This document shows, piece by piece, positions 43,577 through 54,700 of a stretch of 64,000 nucleotides of DNA. Every line of letters begins with the position of its first letter. Positions within the stretch are counted from its first letter, which is position 1. The position numbers and the translations under genes are program-made. Below the pieces are notes generated by a model. It saw only the letters and a list, made by a program, of their open reading frames with translations, was not told the DNA's origin and ran no database searches. The DNA comes from Bryobacterales bacterium (lineage in GTDB: Bacteria > Acidobacteriota > Terriglobia > Bryobacterales > UBA6623), in assembly GCA_965204435.1 (NCBI GenBank), contig OZ241997.1, forward strand, positions 5,817,132-5,881,131, read 5' to 3'.

Positions 43577-46306
43577 CTACGCCTGCGGCGTGAAACGGAG
43601 CGTCACGATTTCCCAAGGGCGGATTTGGAACGACGCTTGGTCGCCGTCGTGCCTGATGCTGGGAGATGCCAGCGGCTTGCCGTTGAAGTCCACCGCTTGA
43701 CACGAAGACGCCCGCATCGGCAGGTGGACCTTGACAGTGCCGTTGCGGCCGACAGCGTCGTAGAGGCGGATCTCGTACCCTCCGTCGCGGTAGAGCCAGC
43801 TGGAAGCGGCGATGCTGTCCGGTGTCGCCGACAGCAGGCTCTTGCTCAGCGGCAGGTCCGCTCCCGCGCGGCTATAGACGAGCCGCGACGAGCAGGCATG
43901 GGTGCGCTCGGCCGCCCGCTGCGGCACTCGCGCAGTGCGCCAGTCGCCTCCGTGAGGAACCAGCGAATAGCGGAAGCTGTGCTCGCCTTGGCCCGTGAAA
44001 TAAGGATTTGCGAACAGGTTCTCCATTTCGCCCCGTGGATCAATCGTCATCATCAGGATGTGCTCGAGCGAACGCTTCTCCGGGTGGAACAGCCAGCCCC
44101 GCTTGCCCTCGGCGCCTAGCACTGCCAGGCCCTTGCCGGCTGCGCTGTAGTCGACCCAGTGGTGCGCGAAGAACACGTTCCTGCGCAGCAACTCCTCGTT
44201 CGGGTCCGTGCCGTCCCCCCAGGGCTCGCCCGACAGGTCTCGCGGTTCGGCCCCGAACGGGATCCCCGCCGTTGGAATGGCATCGAAGTCAAACAGCGCA
44301 TTGGCCGCGAAGTAGCCGGAGCCTCCGACACTGTCGATGTCGCAAGCGAAGTCGATCTGTTCCCGGTTGTGGTCCAGCGATACGGTCAGCTCGACCGAGT
44401 GGTCGCCAATGTGACCGGTCATCTTGGCCGAACTGCGCAGGGGGCCGTGTTCTACAAGCCGCCATCGAGCGCCTTGGATGTGTTCCTCGCCGGTCACCGG
44501 TCCGCCGTGCCACGGCCAGGGATCTTCGTTCTTGTAGAACACAACGTTTCCAGCCCGTCGATACGTGCTGCCGCGCCGCTTGTCGTGTATCGCCCGCACT
44601 CCGCCCGCGTCCAGCTCGACCCGGGCGAACTCGCTCTCCACGGCGCTCAAGGGCTCGTCTGGATAGCTCGGCTCCTCGTCCCCGTCCACCCGCACGACGC
44701 GCAAGGTCGTGTATCCCAGGGCGGGCACCGTGATGTCGGCCAGCAGCCAGGCTTCCTTGTAGGTGTTCTTGGCGCCGGGGGGAAGGTGTTCGCTGGAGTT
44801 GTTGAAGTGGCGCACCCGCAGCAACTGGTGGGGCCGCTCGGCCCCATCGGCGTCGACCAGCTTGAGCTTCGTGAACCTCGGTTCGGCAAAGACTGCCTTG
44901 ATCTCGACGGGTCCTTGGCGCTCCCAGGCCAGCGGATTGAACACAGCGATCGTCTGTGTTTCGCCGTCTGTCTTGATGCGACGTGTCAGGTGGCGCATCG
45001 CCTCCTTGCGAAGCCTGTCGGCTTGGAAGGTCACGTTCCGCCCCACTTCGATGGCGTCCGGCATGTCCTCATCGCCGACGTAGAGACCGTCGTGGGGGTA
45101 CAGCGTGAGCGCTTCGTGCCACAGGTCCTCCATCTTGGCCTCGGGGTAGGCCGCGCCCACTTGGGCCGCGAGGGCGCTGTAAGTCTCCGCCTCGACGAGC
45201 TCGTTGTTCACGCGGTCGCGCCAGTTGTCCAGGCCGTGGCTGCCGCACTGCCCGTACCAGAACGGCCAGCCAACGGGATCGACCGGTCCGCTGAAGCGCG
45301 GGATCGCCGAGCGCGCCTTCTCGAGTTCGGCGAAATACTCTGTGGGCGTTACAAAGCGTAGCGGCGTCGACTCGCGCTGCTGCCACGCTTTGACGAACCC
45401 AGGCATGTCAAGCGTGGGCTCTCCATCTGCGGCAGCGTTGTAGGTCGGCAGGGAAAGCGGCAGCGTGTGGTCGAGGCCGACTGGCACCCAGATGATCTTG
45501 GTTTCGCTGGCCGGCATCAGGAAGCGCAGCGCCGAATCGTACAGCGCCCGGACCGCGCCTTCCCAGTCATCTTCGTAAGCATTCAGCTCGTCCAGGTAGC
45601 CGCCCGGACCCTTGCCCATGCCCCAACCGCCGGCCAGCCAGCCGTACGGGCCGTAAGTCAGGGTCACCTCGCTGCCGTCAAGACCTTCCCAGATGAACTC
45701 CCGCTTGTAACCCTTGCGGTCCAGCGCCCAGATGGGCCGCGTGAACCGGTAGTAGTCGTAGCCGGCCTTGCGCAGGATTTGCGGCATCTGCGTGTGGCCA
45801 GGATGGATGTCGATAAAGGAGGCGACGTCGAGCTTGGCGTCCGGAAACTCACGCTCGAAAAACTTCCGGCCCAGCGTCATGTTGCGGATCACCGCCTCGG
45901 GCTCGTTGAACGGGTTGTCGTTGTTGACGACGGTGCCCGCCGAGATTCCTACGCGGCCTTCTTGGGAGAAGCGCTTCAACTCGGCGTAGACATCCGGTTT
46001 GAGCTCGGCCGTGCGATCAATACGCTCCAGCTTGGCGTCGATGAACCACTTGAAGTTCTCGTCACGCTGCATGATCTCCACCGCTCGCTCGTCGATTAGC
46101 GCCGCGCGTGCCCAGTGCCAAGCCTCCGAAGCGAACCAGGAAAAGTCGTTGTGACTGTAGGGAACAAGCAAGATCTTTGCGCCGGCTATCTTTTCCCGAA
46201 CCTCCTCATAGGAGGTGGACTCCGGGTCGCCCACCTGGGCCGCAGCTTGCGCCACCGCTCCGAGCAGGGCCATCATGCCGAGGAACTCGCGTCGGTCAAC
46301 CGCCAT
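43577..46306 (-). CDS. GH38-like glycoside hydrolase (alpha-mannosidase family), TAT-exported
   Basis: MAVDRREFLGMMALLGA from ATG 46306. Contains LLVPYSHNDFSW (the GH38 HxDxxW-type motif) and FIDIHPGHTQMPQILRKAGYDYYRFTR. Confidence 0.75.
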   Translation of the reverse strand: MAVDRREFLGMMALLGAVAQAAAQVGDPESTSYEEVREKIAGAKILLVPYSHNDFSWFASEAWHWARAALIDERAVEIMQRDENFKWFIDAKLERIDRTAELKPDVYAELKRFSQEGRVGISAGTVVNNDNPFNEPEAVIRNMTLGRKFFEREFPDAKLDVASFIDIHPGHTQMPQILRKAGYDYYRFTRPIWALDRKGYKREFIWEGLDGSEVTLTYGPYGWLAGGWGMGKGPGGYLDELNAYEDDWEGAVRALYDSALRFLMPASETKIIWVPVGLDHTLPLSLPTYNAAADGEPTLDMPGFVKAWQQRESTPLRFVTPTEYFAELEKARSAIPRFSGPVDPVGWPFWYGQCGSHGLDNWRDRVNNELVEAETYSALAAQVGAAYPEAKMEDLWHEALTLYPHDGLYVGDEDMPDAIEVGRNVTFQADRLRKEAMRHLTRRIKTDGETQTIAVFNPLAWERQGPVEIKAVFAEPRFTKLKLVDADGAERPHQLLRVRHFNNSSEHLPPGAKNTYKEAWLLADITVPALGYTTLRVVRVDGDEEPSYPDEPLSAVESEFARVELDAGGVRAIHDKRRGSTYRRAGNVVFYKNEDPWPWHGGPVTGEEHIQGARWRLVEHGPLRSSAKMTGHIGDHSVELTVSLDHNREQIDFACDIDSVGGSGYFAANALFDFDAIPTAGIPFGAEPRDLSGEPWGDGTDPNEELLRRNVFFAHHWVDYSAAGKGLAVLGAEGKRGWLFHPEKRSLEHILMMTIDPRGEMENLFANPYFTGQGEHSFRYSLVPHGGDWRTARVPQRAAERTHACSSRLVYSRAGADLPLSKSLLSATPDSIAASSWLYRDGGYEIRLYDAVGRNGTVKVHLPMRASSCQAVDFNGKPLASPSIRHDGDQASFQIRPWEIVTLRFTPQA

Positions 46307-46686
46307 ACGCAACAGACTACACCAGCGCGGCGGCGGCTTCGTTGCGTGACCGGACTGCACCCGAGTGCGGTTGGCTAGCAGCCAAGATCACTCGCCCCGG
46401 GGCGGACCATGCTCTGGTCGCTCCAATGAGGGTACGTCCGAGCCCCTCGGCTGGAGCCCGTTGGGCGCTCTCGAAGCCGCGCTGGTGTGTCCTGTTCTGT
46501 TCCGCTCGCGATCGCTTCGGGAACCTGCATGGAGTAGTCGCACGCTGCGTCGTCCTGCAGTGCCGGTCGCGACCTCTCGTGGCCAAGTGGCAGGGCCACT
46601 TGTGCACCGAGGATGTTGAGAGGGCAGGATGAGGGTTGCAAGAAACATGCTCTAGATGCGGATTACCGTGCGTGAAATGCGTAATT

Positions 46687-46699
46687 CTGTAAAATACAG
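46687..46699. promoter_or_regulatory. Short palindrome CTGTAAAATACAG just upstream of the second Phd-VapC module
   Basis: 5-bp arms with a 3-nt spacer, ending 4 nt before ATG 46704. Operator role is a guess. Confidence 0.25.
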
Positions 46700-46703
46700 A
46701 CTT

Positions 46704-46973
46704 ATGGAGCATACGATTCAGGCCACCGAGCTTGCCCGCAACCTCGGGGATGTCCTGTCCAAGGTGCGCTATCGCCGAGACTCGTTTGTCATCAAGCGGA
46801 ACGGAAGGCCAGTGGCGCGAGTCGTGCCGGTTGAGCCACACGCTGACGAAGCCACTCTTGGAGAAGCGCTCGCCGCGTGGTGCGATGGTGCCTCGGGCGA
46901 TCGCGAGTTCGCCGATGACCTCGACGCCGTCAACGCATCTGACAAGCCCCCGACGGATCGATGGGAGTCGTAG
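46704..46973 (+). CDS. Phd/YefM-type antitoxin
   Basis: [43 protein letters not shown] from ATG 46704 (the track starts at 46656). Confidence 0.8.
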   Translation: MEHTIQATELARNLGDVLSKVRYRRDSFVIKRNGRPVARVVPVEPHADEATLGEALAAWCDGASGDREFADDLDAVNASDKPPTDRWES

Positions 46974-47392
46974 TCGATACGAGTGCGCTCGTGGCCGCCG
47001 AGCGTGGTCGCGAAACCCAGTCAGCTGGTGCTCAATTGACGTGGAGCGATCTGCTTGGACACCTAGCCAACGAGAGCGCCGTGCTGCCGGCCGTCGTGTA
47101 CGCGGAACTGCTTGCCGGGGTGCATCTCGCCAGCAGCGACCGACAAGCGACGCTCCGTCGGGCTCGAGTTGACGCCCTCACAGCACGCGTGCCGATCATC
47201 GAATTCAATGCTGCCATCGCCCGCCACTGGGCGCGGGTGTTCGCCGAACTTCGCCGCTCTGGCGAAGCCATTCCGGCGAACGACCTTGCCATTGCCGCGA
47301 CGGCTTTGCATCTGGACTTCGCGGTGTTGGTGGGACCCTCTGGCGAACGGCACTTCCGACGAGTCGCGGGTCTTGAGGTGGAGCAGCTGTAG
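46961..47392 (+). CDS. vapC: PIN-domain VapC toxin (apparently intact)
   Basis: [14 protein letters not shown]...VYAELLAG...[12 protein letters not shown]. Overlaps the antitoxin by 13 nt. Confidence 0.85.
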   Translation: MGVVVDTSALVAAERGRETQSAGAQLTWSDLLGHLANESAVLPAVVYAELLAGVHLASSDRQATLRRARVDALTARVPIIEFNAAIARHWARVFAELRRSGEAIPANDLAIAATALHLDFAVLVGPSGERHFRRVAGLEVEQL

Positions 47393-47563
47393 GTTCCGCC
47401 TATCCGCGATGGCACCCGTCGGGGGACTGCGCCGAAGGGTGCCTGCCTGCGCGTAAGGCTTGGATCGCGAATTGCAGGATACGCTGCTGATGGCGAGCCT
47501 GAGGCTGGTCGCGGGCGACTCAAGTCCTTGCGAGCCGCACATCGGCAAGGGGCAGCCCGGTCT

Positions 47564-49084
47564 CTACAAGTGGGGCAATTCGTCCCGCACTTCAAGCCAT
47601 GGTGTTGCGCGATGCCAATCGACCAGCGTGTCTCGCAGCCGCGCGGCTCCTGGAAACTGCTCGGCACGGGACGCGAGATTGTCGAGCTCGTACGGATCGG
47701 ATCGCAGATCGTGGAAGGCCGCGCGGTCGTTGCGAATCGTCTTATCGTCTTCCTCGACTTCAATCGCGTACTTATGCGACGGCGTGCGGATGCCCATCAT
47801 GGAATAGGGCATCGCATACGAAACCCCTTGGTAGCCCGCTGCCTCGACGAAGGCGTAGTCGCGCTCCAGCGACGCGCGCTCGGCACTGAGTACCGGCGTC
47901 AGGCTCTGTCCCTGCATGTGGGGCGGAATAGGCAAGCCGCACGCTTCGAGGATTGTTGGGGCGATGTCGATGTTCGATGCGACTTGGCGCGTATTGACGG
48001 ATGGGCCGAAGCCGTTCGGATAGCGGTAGATCATCGGCACGCGAATCGCTTCCTCGTACAGGCGATCCTTGTTGAAGGTGCCGTGGTTTCCGAGTAGCTC
48101 TCCGTGATCCGCCGAGAGCACGATGATCGTGTTGTCGGCGATTCCGTTCTCTTCCAACGCTGCCAGCAGCTCGCCGATCAGATCGTCGGTACAGGTGACC
48201 GCGGCGCAGTAGTGCGCGATCAGATCGCGCAGGTCGAAGCCCTCCGGCAGAGCGTCGCCGGGGGCATCCGGCGCGCCGCCGCGCGTACGCCAGAAATAGT
48301 CCCACTTGGTGTAGACCTTGAACCACCAGTCGTCGCGGAAGAGGTTGCCGTCTTGGTCGTAGACGTTGTCTCGCAGCAGCACCTCCTCCCGGCTGTACAT
48401 GCGGTCGTAGCGCTCTGGCAGGTTGCCCGGGCCGATGGGCATGTGCGGCGGCGAAACCCAGTAGTTCAAGAAGAACGGGCGATCCCTGTTGGCACGGATG
48501 TACTCGCGCGCCTTGTCGCTCGCTGCTTGCGGCATGAACGATTCGACAACGGACTCAGTCCCGGTATCGGTGGAGAGCTTGGCCCCATCGCGAACCGCCT
48601 CGCGCATCGCCCGCCCATAGTAGCGATGGGGGATCTCGACCGGGTAGTAGGCATAGTCGAATCCCAGCAGGAACGGATCCACGTGCGCATGCCACTTTCC
48701 CACGTGCCCGGTGTTGTAGCCGGCCGCGGACAGGATTTCGGGTAACGTGGGGTCCAGTAGCCGGGTGCGGGTTGTTCCGATCGAGCCGACGTTGCGGATA
48801 GAGCCCGCGCAGGTCCTTGCGTATTGACCGCTGAGCACGTTGCCCCGGGCTGGAGAGCAGACCGGGCTGTTGGTGACTCCGACTTCGAACCGGCATCCCT
48901 GCGCCGCCAGGCGATCCATGTGCGGCGTGCGGACTATCGGATTGCCATAGCAGCCGATTTCGAACGGCCGCAGCTGATCCGTGAGGCACACCACCACGTT
49001 GGGCGGGCGAGTTTCGCCCGAGCATCCAGCCATGAATGCGGCGGCGCCAAGCGCCGAGCTGGACGTGAATTCGCGACGGTTCAC
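47564..49084 (-). CDS. Sulfatase (Cys-type)
   Basis: 506 aa. GTG start, RREF signal with lipobox FMAGCSG. Contains PNVVVCLTDQLR and CSPARGNVLSGQ. Confidence 0.9.
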   Translation of the reverse strand: MNRREFTSSSALGAAAFMAGCSGETRPPNVVVCLTDQLRPFEIGCYGNPIVRTPHMDRLAAQGCRFEVGVTNSPVCSPARGNVLSGQYARTCAGSIRNVGSIGTTRTRLLDPTLPEILSAAGYNTGHVGKWHAHVDPFLLGFDYAYYPVEIPHRYYGRAMREAVRDGAKLSTDTGTESVVESFMPQAASDKAREYIRANRDRPFFLNYWVSPPHMPIGPGNLPERYDRMYSREEVLLRDNVYDQDGNLFRDDWWFKVYTKWDYFWRTRGGAPDAPGDALPEGFDLRDLIAHYCAAVTCTDDLIGELLAALEENGIADNTIIVLSADHGELLGNHGTFNKDRLYEEAIRVPMIYRYPNGFGPSVNTRQVASNIDIAPTILEACGLPIPPHMQGQSLTPVLSAERASLERDYAFVEAAGYQGVSYAMPYSMMGIRTPSHKYAIEVEEDDKTIRNDRAAFHDLRSDPYELDNLASRAEQFPGAARLRDTLVDWHRATPWLEVRDELPHL

Positions 49085-49319
49085 GTTCTGGATTGTGCAA
49101 ATCGCGGCAGAATCGAGCCGACAGACCCGTGAGCTGGGAGTTTGGCAGGCACTTGCGCTTCAGTCTACTCGGAGCCGGTCGGAAGGACGCAGGCGCGGGC
49201 CAGGTTGAGCTGCCTCGCGAACCAAGCACTCGGTAGGTCCTGAGCGGCAAAGCCTATGGTGCCGAGCAGGGGCAGCTGCCCGACCCATCTCTGTGCTCGG
49301 CAATCCACGCCTCACCCGT

Positions 49320-50093
49320 CTAGCGTCGTCTTGACCGATGCAGGTGCTCGATCGCGGCCGAGGTCAGCTTGCTCAGTCTGACCCTCTGCTGGCCTAGCTC
49401 GTCGAAGTTATCCGGCGCGAGCCATTGTTCGTAGGCTGCCTTCAACGAGGGCCATTCCTCGGCGATCATTGCGAACCATGCGGTGTCGCGGGTTCGGTTG
49501 CGAACGATTGCGGCGCGGCGAAAGGTTCCCTCATATGTCAGGCCGAATCGGCGCGCGGCCATGCGCGACCGAGCGTTCAGCGCATCGCACTTCCACTCCA
49601 AGCGTCGGTATCCAAGAGTCTGCATGGCGTAGAAGACAAACAGGTACATCGCATCGGTCGCGACTCGCGTGCTCGCAATCCGCGGGCCCCAGTAGATGTG
49701 GCCGATCTCGATGGACTGATGAGCAGGATTGATCCTCATCAGCGATTGCCGGCCTTCAACTCGGTTGGTGGAGCGATCGATCACCGCGAAAAAGAGGGGG
49801 TCCGTAGACGCGGCTGCGCCGGCAAGCCAGGCATCGAATTCTCCGAGCGAGGCTGGTGCCGGCTCGGGCAAGTAGCGAAAGCGCGCGGCCCGATCCGGTG
49901 GGCTTGAGGCGGCGAATAGGTCGTCCCGGTGAGTGTCGGGGTCGAGAGGTTCGAGGCGCGCATACCGCCCTCGGAGCACGACCCGTTCAGGCATACCGGC
50001 AGGCCGTGGGTTGGCAACTCTTGGACCGATCGGCAGTTCCGAAGTGGGATCGATTTCCTGCGGTATCGGTGCCGCGTGAGTTTCTTGGTCCAT
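49320..50093 (-). CDS. GNAT-family N-acetyltransferase (RimJ/RimL-like)
   Basis: From ATG 50093. Contains LRGRYARLEPLDPDTH...IEIGHIYWGPRI...GYRRLEWKCDALNARSRMAARRFGLTYEGTFR. Confidence 0.8.
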   Translation of the reverse strand: MDQETHAAPIPQEIDPTSELPIGPRVANPRPAGMPERVVLRGRYARLEPLDPDTHRDDLFAASSPPDRAARFRYLPEPAPASLGEFDAWLAGAAASTDPLFFAVIDRSTNRVEGRQSLMRINPAHQSIEIGHIYWGPRIASTRVATDAMYLFVFYAMQTLGYRRLEWKCDALNARSRMAARRFGLTYEGTFRRAAIVRNRTRDTAWFAMIAEEWPSLKAAYEQWLAPDNFDELGQQRVRLSKLTSAAIEHLHRSRRR

Positions 50094-50243
50094 AAGCAGG
50101 AGACAGGGAATCAATGAGCGATCATATCGCCGGGTCGGCTTTCCCGACCGGGCACGCCGACACGCCGCGCCGATCGCGTGCACATCGAGCAGCCGCTGCA
50201 GTTTCGTGTTGTACGGGTAGCACTCGCGACCTAGCCATGAAGA

Positions 50244-51656
50244 TCATTGCTTTGAGACTTGCCGTGATTGGTCCAAGACGATCGTCAGCACTCGTGCTGT
50301 CTCCGCGTCGTCGGGATTATCCCGCAGGATCGCCTCGAGTTCCTCAATGCCCTCGTCCCAGCGATTTAGGCGACACAAGACCAGGGCGTAGTTGCGACGT
50401 GCTGTGACGTTGAGCGGTTCAAATTCCAAGACCTTCTGGTAGGTGGCTAGTGCCGTCGCGTAATCGCCGCTTTCTTCTAGGCGAACCGCCTCGCCGTGCA
50501 GGCGAGCCGTCTCGAGCTCGTGCTCGCGAGCGCGATCAGCGACCGCGATCAGGGCGGACAGCTTCGTGCGATAGACCTCTGACTCTGCAAGCCGTCCGGC
50601 GCTGTGCAGGGCCCGGGTCAAGTTGTACAGGATGGCCTGGTCTTCTGGGCTGAGCTCGTGCGCGCGCAGCAGGTGGTCGGCGGCTCCCCCGGCGTCGCGG
50701 CGACGGAGCAGCTCGAGTGCCGCTTGGTAGTGCGCGGCCGAATCTTCTGGAAGCAGCTCGACTGCCTGCATTATCAGCGGATAGGCCTCTGCGTCACGCT
50801 GGAGGCGCTTGAGCGTCACGCCCAGAGCGAGGTGGGCCTCGCCGTTGGAAGGGTTGCCCTCCATGGACTTCCGAAACTCCTCCGCAGCCTCCTCTAGTTG
50901 CTCTCGCTCGGCATGCATCTTTCCCTTGAGCATGTGGAGATGTGCCCTCTGCGGGCCGTCGCTCTCGAGATTCACCGCTGTCGTAATGTGGCGCAGCGCG
51001 CGCTGAAATTCTCCCTTGCCTGCTGAGATGATCGCGATGTTCAGGTGGGCCGCCCCTAGGTGCGGATCCAGCTTGACCGCTCGTTCGAACACCTGCAGCG
51101 CCGCGTCTTGCTCACCCAGTTTCGCCAGTGCCATTCCGGCTGAAGCGTGGATTTGCGCGTCATCGGGGCTCAGTTCCAGAGCGCGCAGCAGAGCTTGGAT
51201 CGAGTCCCCCCGCTGCGGTACCAGGGACAGTGCAGCCCCTAGGAGCAAATGGGCCTCGGCGTTGTCGGGATTCGCGCGAGTGATCCCTTTCAAGAGCGAC
51301 ACCGCTTCGCTCAGATTGCCGTCTTCGATCATCGCCGCCGCCTCATCGGTGCGGGACGGGGCGGAGCTACCGGGCGCTTGGGCCGGGCCGTGGGAGGGCC
51401 CGGCGACCAGAGCGAGCGCAACAGCGCCCGCTAGCAATAGCCTGCGGCTGGACGAAACGGGCGGCGAGCCGGTTGCCGACTGAGATGTGCGCAGATCGGC
51501 GCTCGAGGCCCGCCCAAGTTGTGCGGTGACCCCACTTGGCGCCGCACGCGCCGACGCTGTTGAGCCAATCTGCGACGATCCCGGCTGTTGAGGCAAAGCT
51601 TTGGCGAGCGGCCTGATGGAACCTAGCCTAGGCCCCACGGGGAGCCTTGGTCGCAC
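50244..51656 (-). CDS. TPR-repeat protein (start uncertain)
   Basis: 470-aa ORF with about 9 TPR-like units (AEAHLLLGAAL, AAHLNIAIISAGKGEF, and others). The N-terminal ~100 aa are low-complexity, so the true start may be internal. Confidence 0.7.
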   Translation of the reverse strand: MRPRLPVGPRLGSIRPLAKALPQQPGSSQIGSTASARAAPSGVTAQLGRASSADLRTSQSATGSPPVSSSRRLLLAGAVALALVAGPSHGPAQAPGSSAPSRTDEAAAMIEDGNLSEAVSLLKGITRANPDNAEAHLLLGAALSLVPQRGDSIQALLRALELSPDDAQIHASAGMALAKLGEQDAALQVFERAVKLDPHLGAAHLNIAIISAGKGEFQRALRHITTAVNLESDGPQRAHLHMLKGKMHAEREQLEEAAEEFRKSMEGNPSNGEAHLALGVTLKRLQRDAEAYPLIMQAVELLPEDSAAHYQAALELLRRRDAGGAADHLLRAHELSPEDQAILYNLTRALHSAGRLAESEVYRTKLSALIAVADRAREHELETARLHGEAVRLEESGDYATALATYQKVLEFEPLNVTARRNYALVLCRLNRWDEGIEELEAILRDNPDDAETARVLTIVLDQSRQVSKQ

Positions 51657-51705
51657 GGATCTAGGCCACCTCGGGGGCGTGCTGTTGGCTCCATCGAACC
51701 ACGGG

Positions 51706-54700
51706 TCAGAATATTATCTTCAACCCGAACTGCACTTGGCGCATGGGCACGATCGTGTTGACAATCCTGCCCATGGTGGGCGAGAGCACCGTGGTGTCCG
51801 GCGGGCCGTAATTGGCCAGATTGAGGACATTGAAGAACTCCGAGCGCACCTCCACCCAACGACTGTCGCCCCAAGCGAAGCGTTTGAAGAGCGAGAAGTC
51901 CAGATAGGTCACAGTCTCGGTGTACACCAGTCCGCGCCCGGCGTTGCCGAAACTGCCGAAGGCGGGCGGTTCGAAAGCGTCCGTGTTGAACCATCTGGCT
52001 GAGCTGCGCGAGCCCGCGTTGGGGTCTCCGACCAGATTTGGCCGCATGTAGCTCCACCAAGCGACAGTATTGCCGATGTTGGCTACGTCGCCGCTGACCA
52101 CCATGTTGACCGGCTGGCCGCTCCGGGTCTGGAACAGGCTATTGGCGTGCCAGTTTCCCAGCACCCATGCGGCGGGACCCCTGTTGAATATCCGCTTACC
52201 TTTGCCGGCAGGCAGTTCCCAAACCGAAGACACCGACAGGAAGTGTGGGACGTTGTAGCCTGCGACTCCCTTGTTGTTTTCCAAGTTGTAGAAGTCCTGC
52301 ACGTACGAGCTACCGCCCGGGCCGTTCTCGGCGGTAAAGAAGCCGCTCGCCCCGTTGTCGATGGCGCGCGACCAAGTGTAGGACGCGAGCAGCGAAAAGC
52401 CGCCCGAGAACCGTTTGTCGGCCTTGAACTCAAGGCCGTGGTAGCTGGACCGCCCGCGGTCGTCACCCCAGAACAACGTGGGATAGTGAGGCTGCGGTTT
52501 GCTCGCAGCTACTTGTTCCGCAGTGCCTGTACTGGGAGCTGCCGTGTTGCCAAGCCCTGTGATCTGGAGGCGTCGGCTGATGCTCCCCACGTAGGCCCCG
52601 GACAGCACGAGATTCTGGCTGACTTGCTGTTGCAATTCGACGTTCCACTGATGGCCGATGGGATTCTTGTTTTCGCGGTCGACGCACCAGCACGTATCGC
52701 CCCACGGATTCGGGCCCGGTAGCGGGCTCCCCAGCTTGTTGCGAAGGTCGTCGATGAATTGGACTGGCTCCCCGACGGCGTTCGCGGGCTGGAAGAAACC
52801 ATCGTTATTGGGCCACCCGCCTGAGCCTTGCCAAGATTGGTTGACCCCCGTTAGCTGGTCAAACACGATGCCGTAGCCAACCCGCAGAACTGACTTAGGA
52901 TTCATGCTCCAAGCCAAGCCGAATCGGGGCTGCCAGTTGTCCCAGACGGGGATCGGGCCGATGCTCGTGTGATCAGCGAGTCGGATCTTGTCGCCGTGCA
53001 GCACGTCCTGCAGGCCGTCACCCGGAATGCATGGCGCGATTCCTGCTTGATTGCAGGGCGGAGGCATGGACTCGAGGCCCAGCAGGAATTCCCCCGTGTG
53101 AAGGTCTTGGTAGTTCTTGAACCGGCCGGTGGAGGATTCAACGTCAGGCCACATCAAGTGGTCGAAACGAAGGCCAATATTCAGCGTGAGGTTGGGCCTT
53201 ATCCTCCACTCGTCCTGTACGTAGGCTCCGAAGGTCTGGTATCCGAAGAAAATCGATGAGGGCAGTCCGCCTGACACCTGGGACGGGACTCCGAGCAGGG
53301 CCGTGGCGACTGGATCACCCGTCGATCCCACCTCGCCTGGCCGGAGGCCTTGCGTGGGCACCTCGGTGAAGTTGAAGCTGATCCCACCTGTGGCGTTGGG
53401 AGTCAGGGTGTGGCGCAGAGTCTGCGCTCCGAATTTGAGGGTGTGGTTCCCTCGAATCCAGCTTAGGTTCCCGGTGTAGTGATACTGCTCGTAGTGGAAC
53501 TCCAGCGGCCCTTCCATCCTTCGCAGTGCCCCCACGTCGCCACCTGCAAAGCCGCCGCTGCCGATGGCAATCGAAGGAATCGCACGTACGCCCTCAAGGT
53601 TGCCGAAGCCGGCTGCTAGGGCCGGGCCGTCACCGACTTCATCATCTGGAATCGTGCCCTGCCGGTAGGGCTCCTTGGCGTAGCCGAAGCTGTGATCCAT
53701 GATCACGGTCGGAGAGAAGCTATGAAACCAGCCGCCGCCGTAGTTGACGAACGGGAACTCGCCGACCTCATTGATCAGCTGAGTTGACGGGGTCAGCTGT
53801 GCGCCATTGATCTTGCTGTATCGAACCCAAGCCCGGTCCAGCTCGCTGAACTGGTGGTCGAAGCGGACTTGGAAGTTGTCTGCATTGTTGGTTGCCGCAT
53901 CTTGGTTGATCACGTTGAATTGCGGATCGCCCTGCAGGTTCGGCTTGTCGTAATAGCCCCTCAGGTAGGTTTGCATTGTTTGGTTCAGGCGCGAAGACGG
54001 GATCACGTTGCCGGGAAACTGGTCACGGATCAATCCCCCGGTATCGGGATCCATCCGGGTTGTGAGCGGGTCGAAAATGTTCATGCCGGTGGGCCAGTTG
54101 GAGAGGTCCCCGCCCAGCTGAGCATCCGTCGGCACGTAATAGCGGTTCGACCGTGGATTGCTGAAGCGCCAGCCTTCGTAGGCAAAGTGGAAGAATGTCT
54201 TGTTCTTTATGATCGGTCCGCCAACGGCCGCTCCGAACTGGTTCTGGCGGAACGCCGCGGGCTTCACGTTGAACTCATCCGTGAAAGGATCGCGCGCGTT
54301 GAGGGCGTCATTGCGGACGAACTCCCACAGCGAGCCGTGAAACTCATTGGTGCCGGTCTTGGAGATGACATTGATGATGCCCCCGAGCACACCGCCAAAT
54401 TCGGCCTTGTCGTTGTGCGACTGGACTTTGAACTCTTCGATGGCGTCGATGATCGGCGGGATGACGTACATGTTGCCGATGTAATTCGTATTGTTGACAC
54501 CGTCTAGGAGGTGGATGTTCATGCGATTCCACTGCCCGTGGATGGAGGGGTTGGAGAATGACGCTCCCGGAACCCCGACGTTGGCAAGGTCGTGGCTGCC
54601 AATGCCGCTGCTCTGGGCAGTGCTAATGGGAGTTGCGCCCGGCGTGAGCGTGAGAAGCTGCGTGAAGTTCCTGCCGTTCAAGGGCAGGTCCTCTACCTGC

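Noticed and set aside
46440-46480. A 13 of 15 match (CTCGAAGCCGCGCTG versus CTCGCAGCCGCGCGG at ~47630) that might indicate a duplicated sulfatase end flanking vapBC-2
   Set aside because: Similarity does not extend beyond the 15-mer. A rough estimate gives about one such match by chance for the intervals compared.
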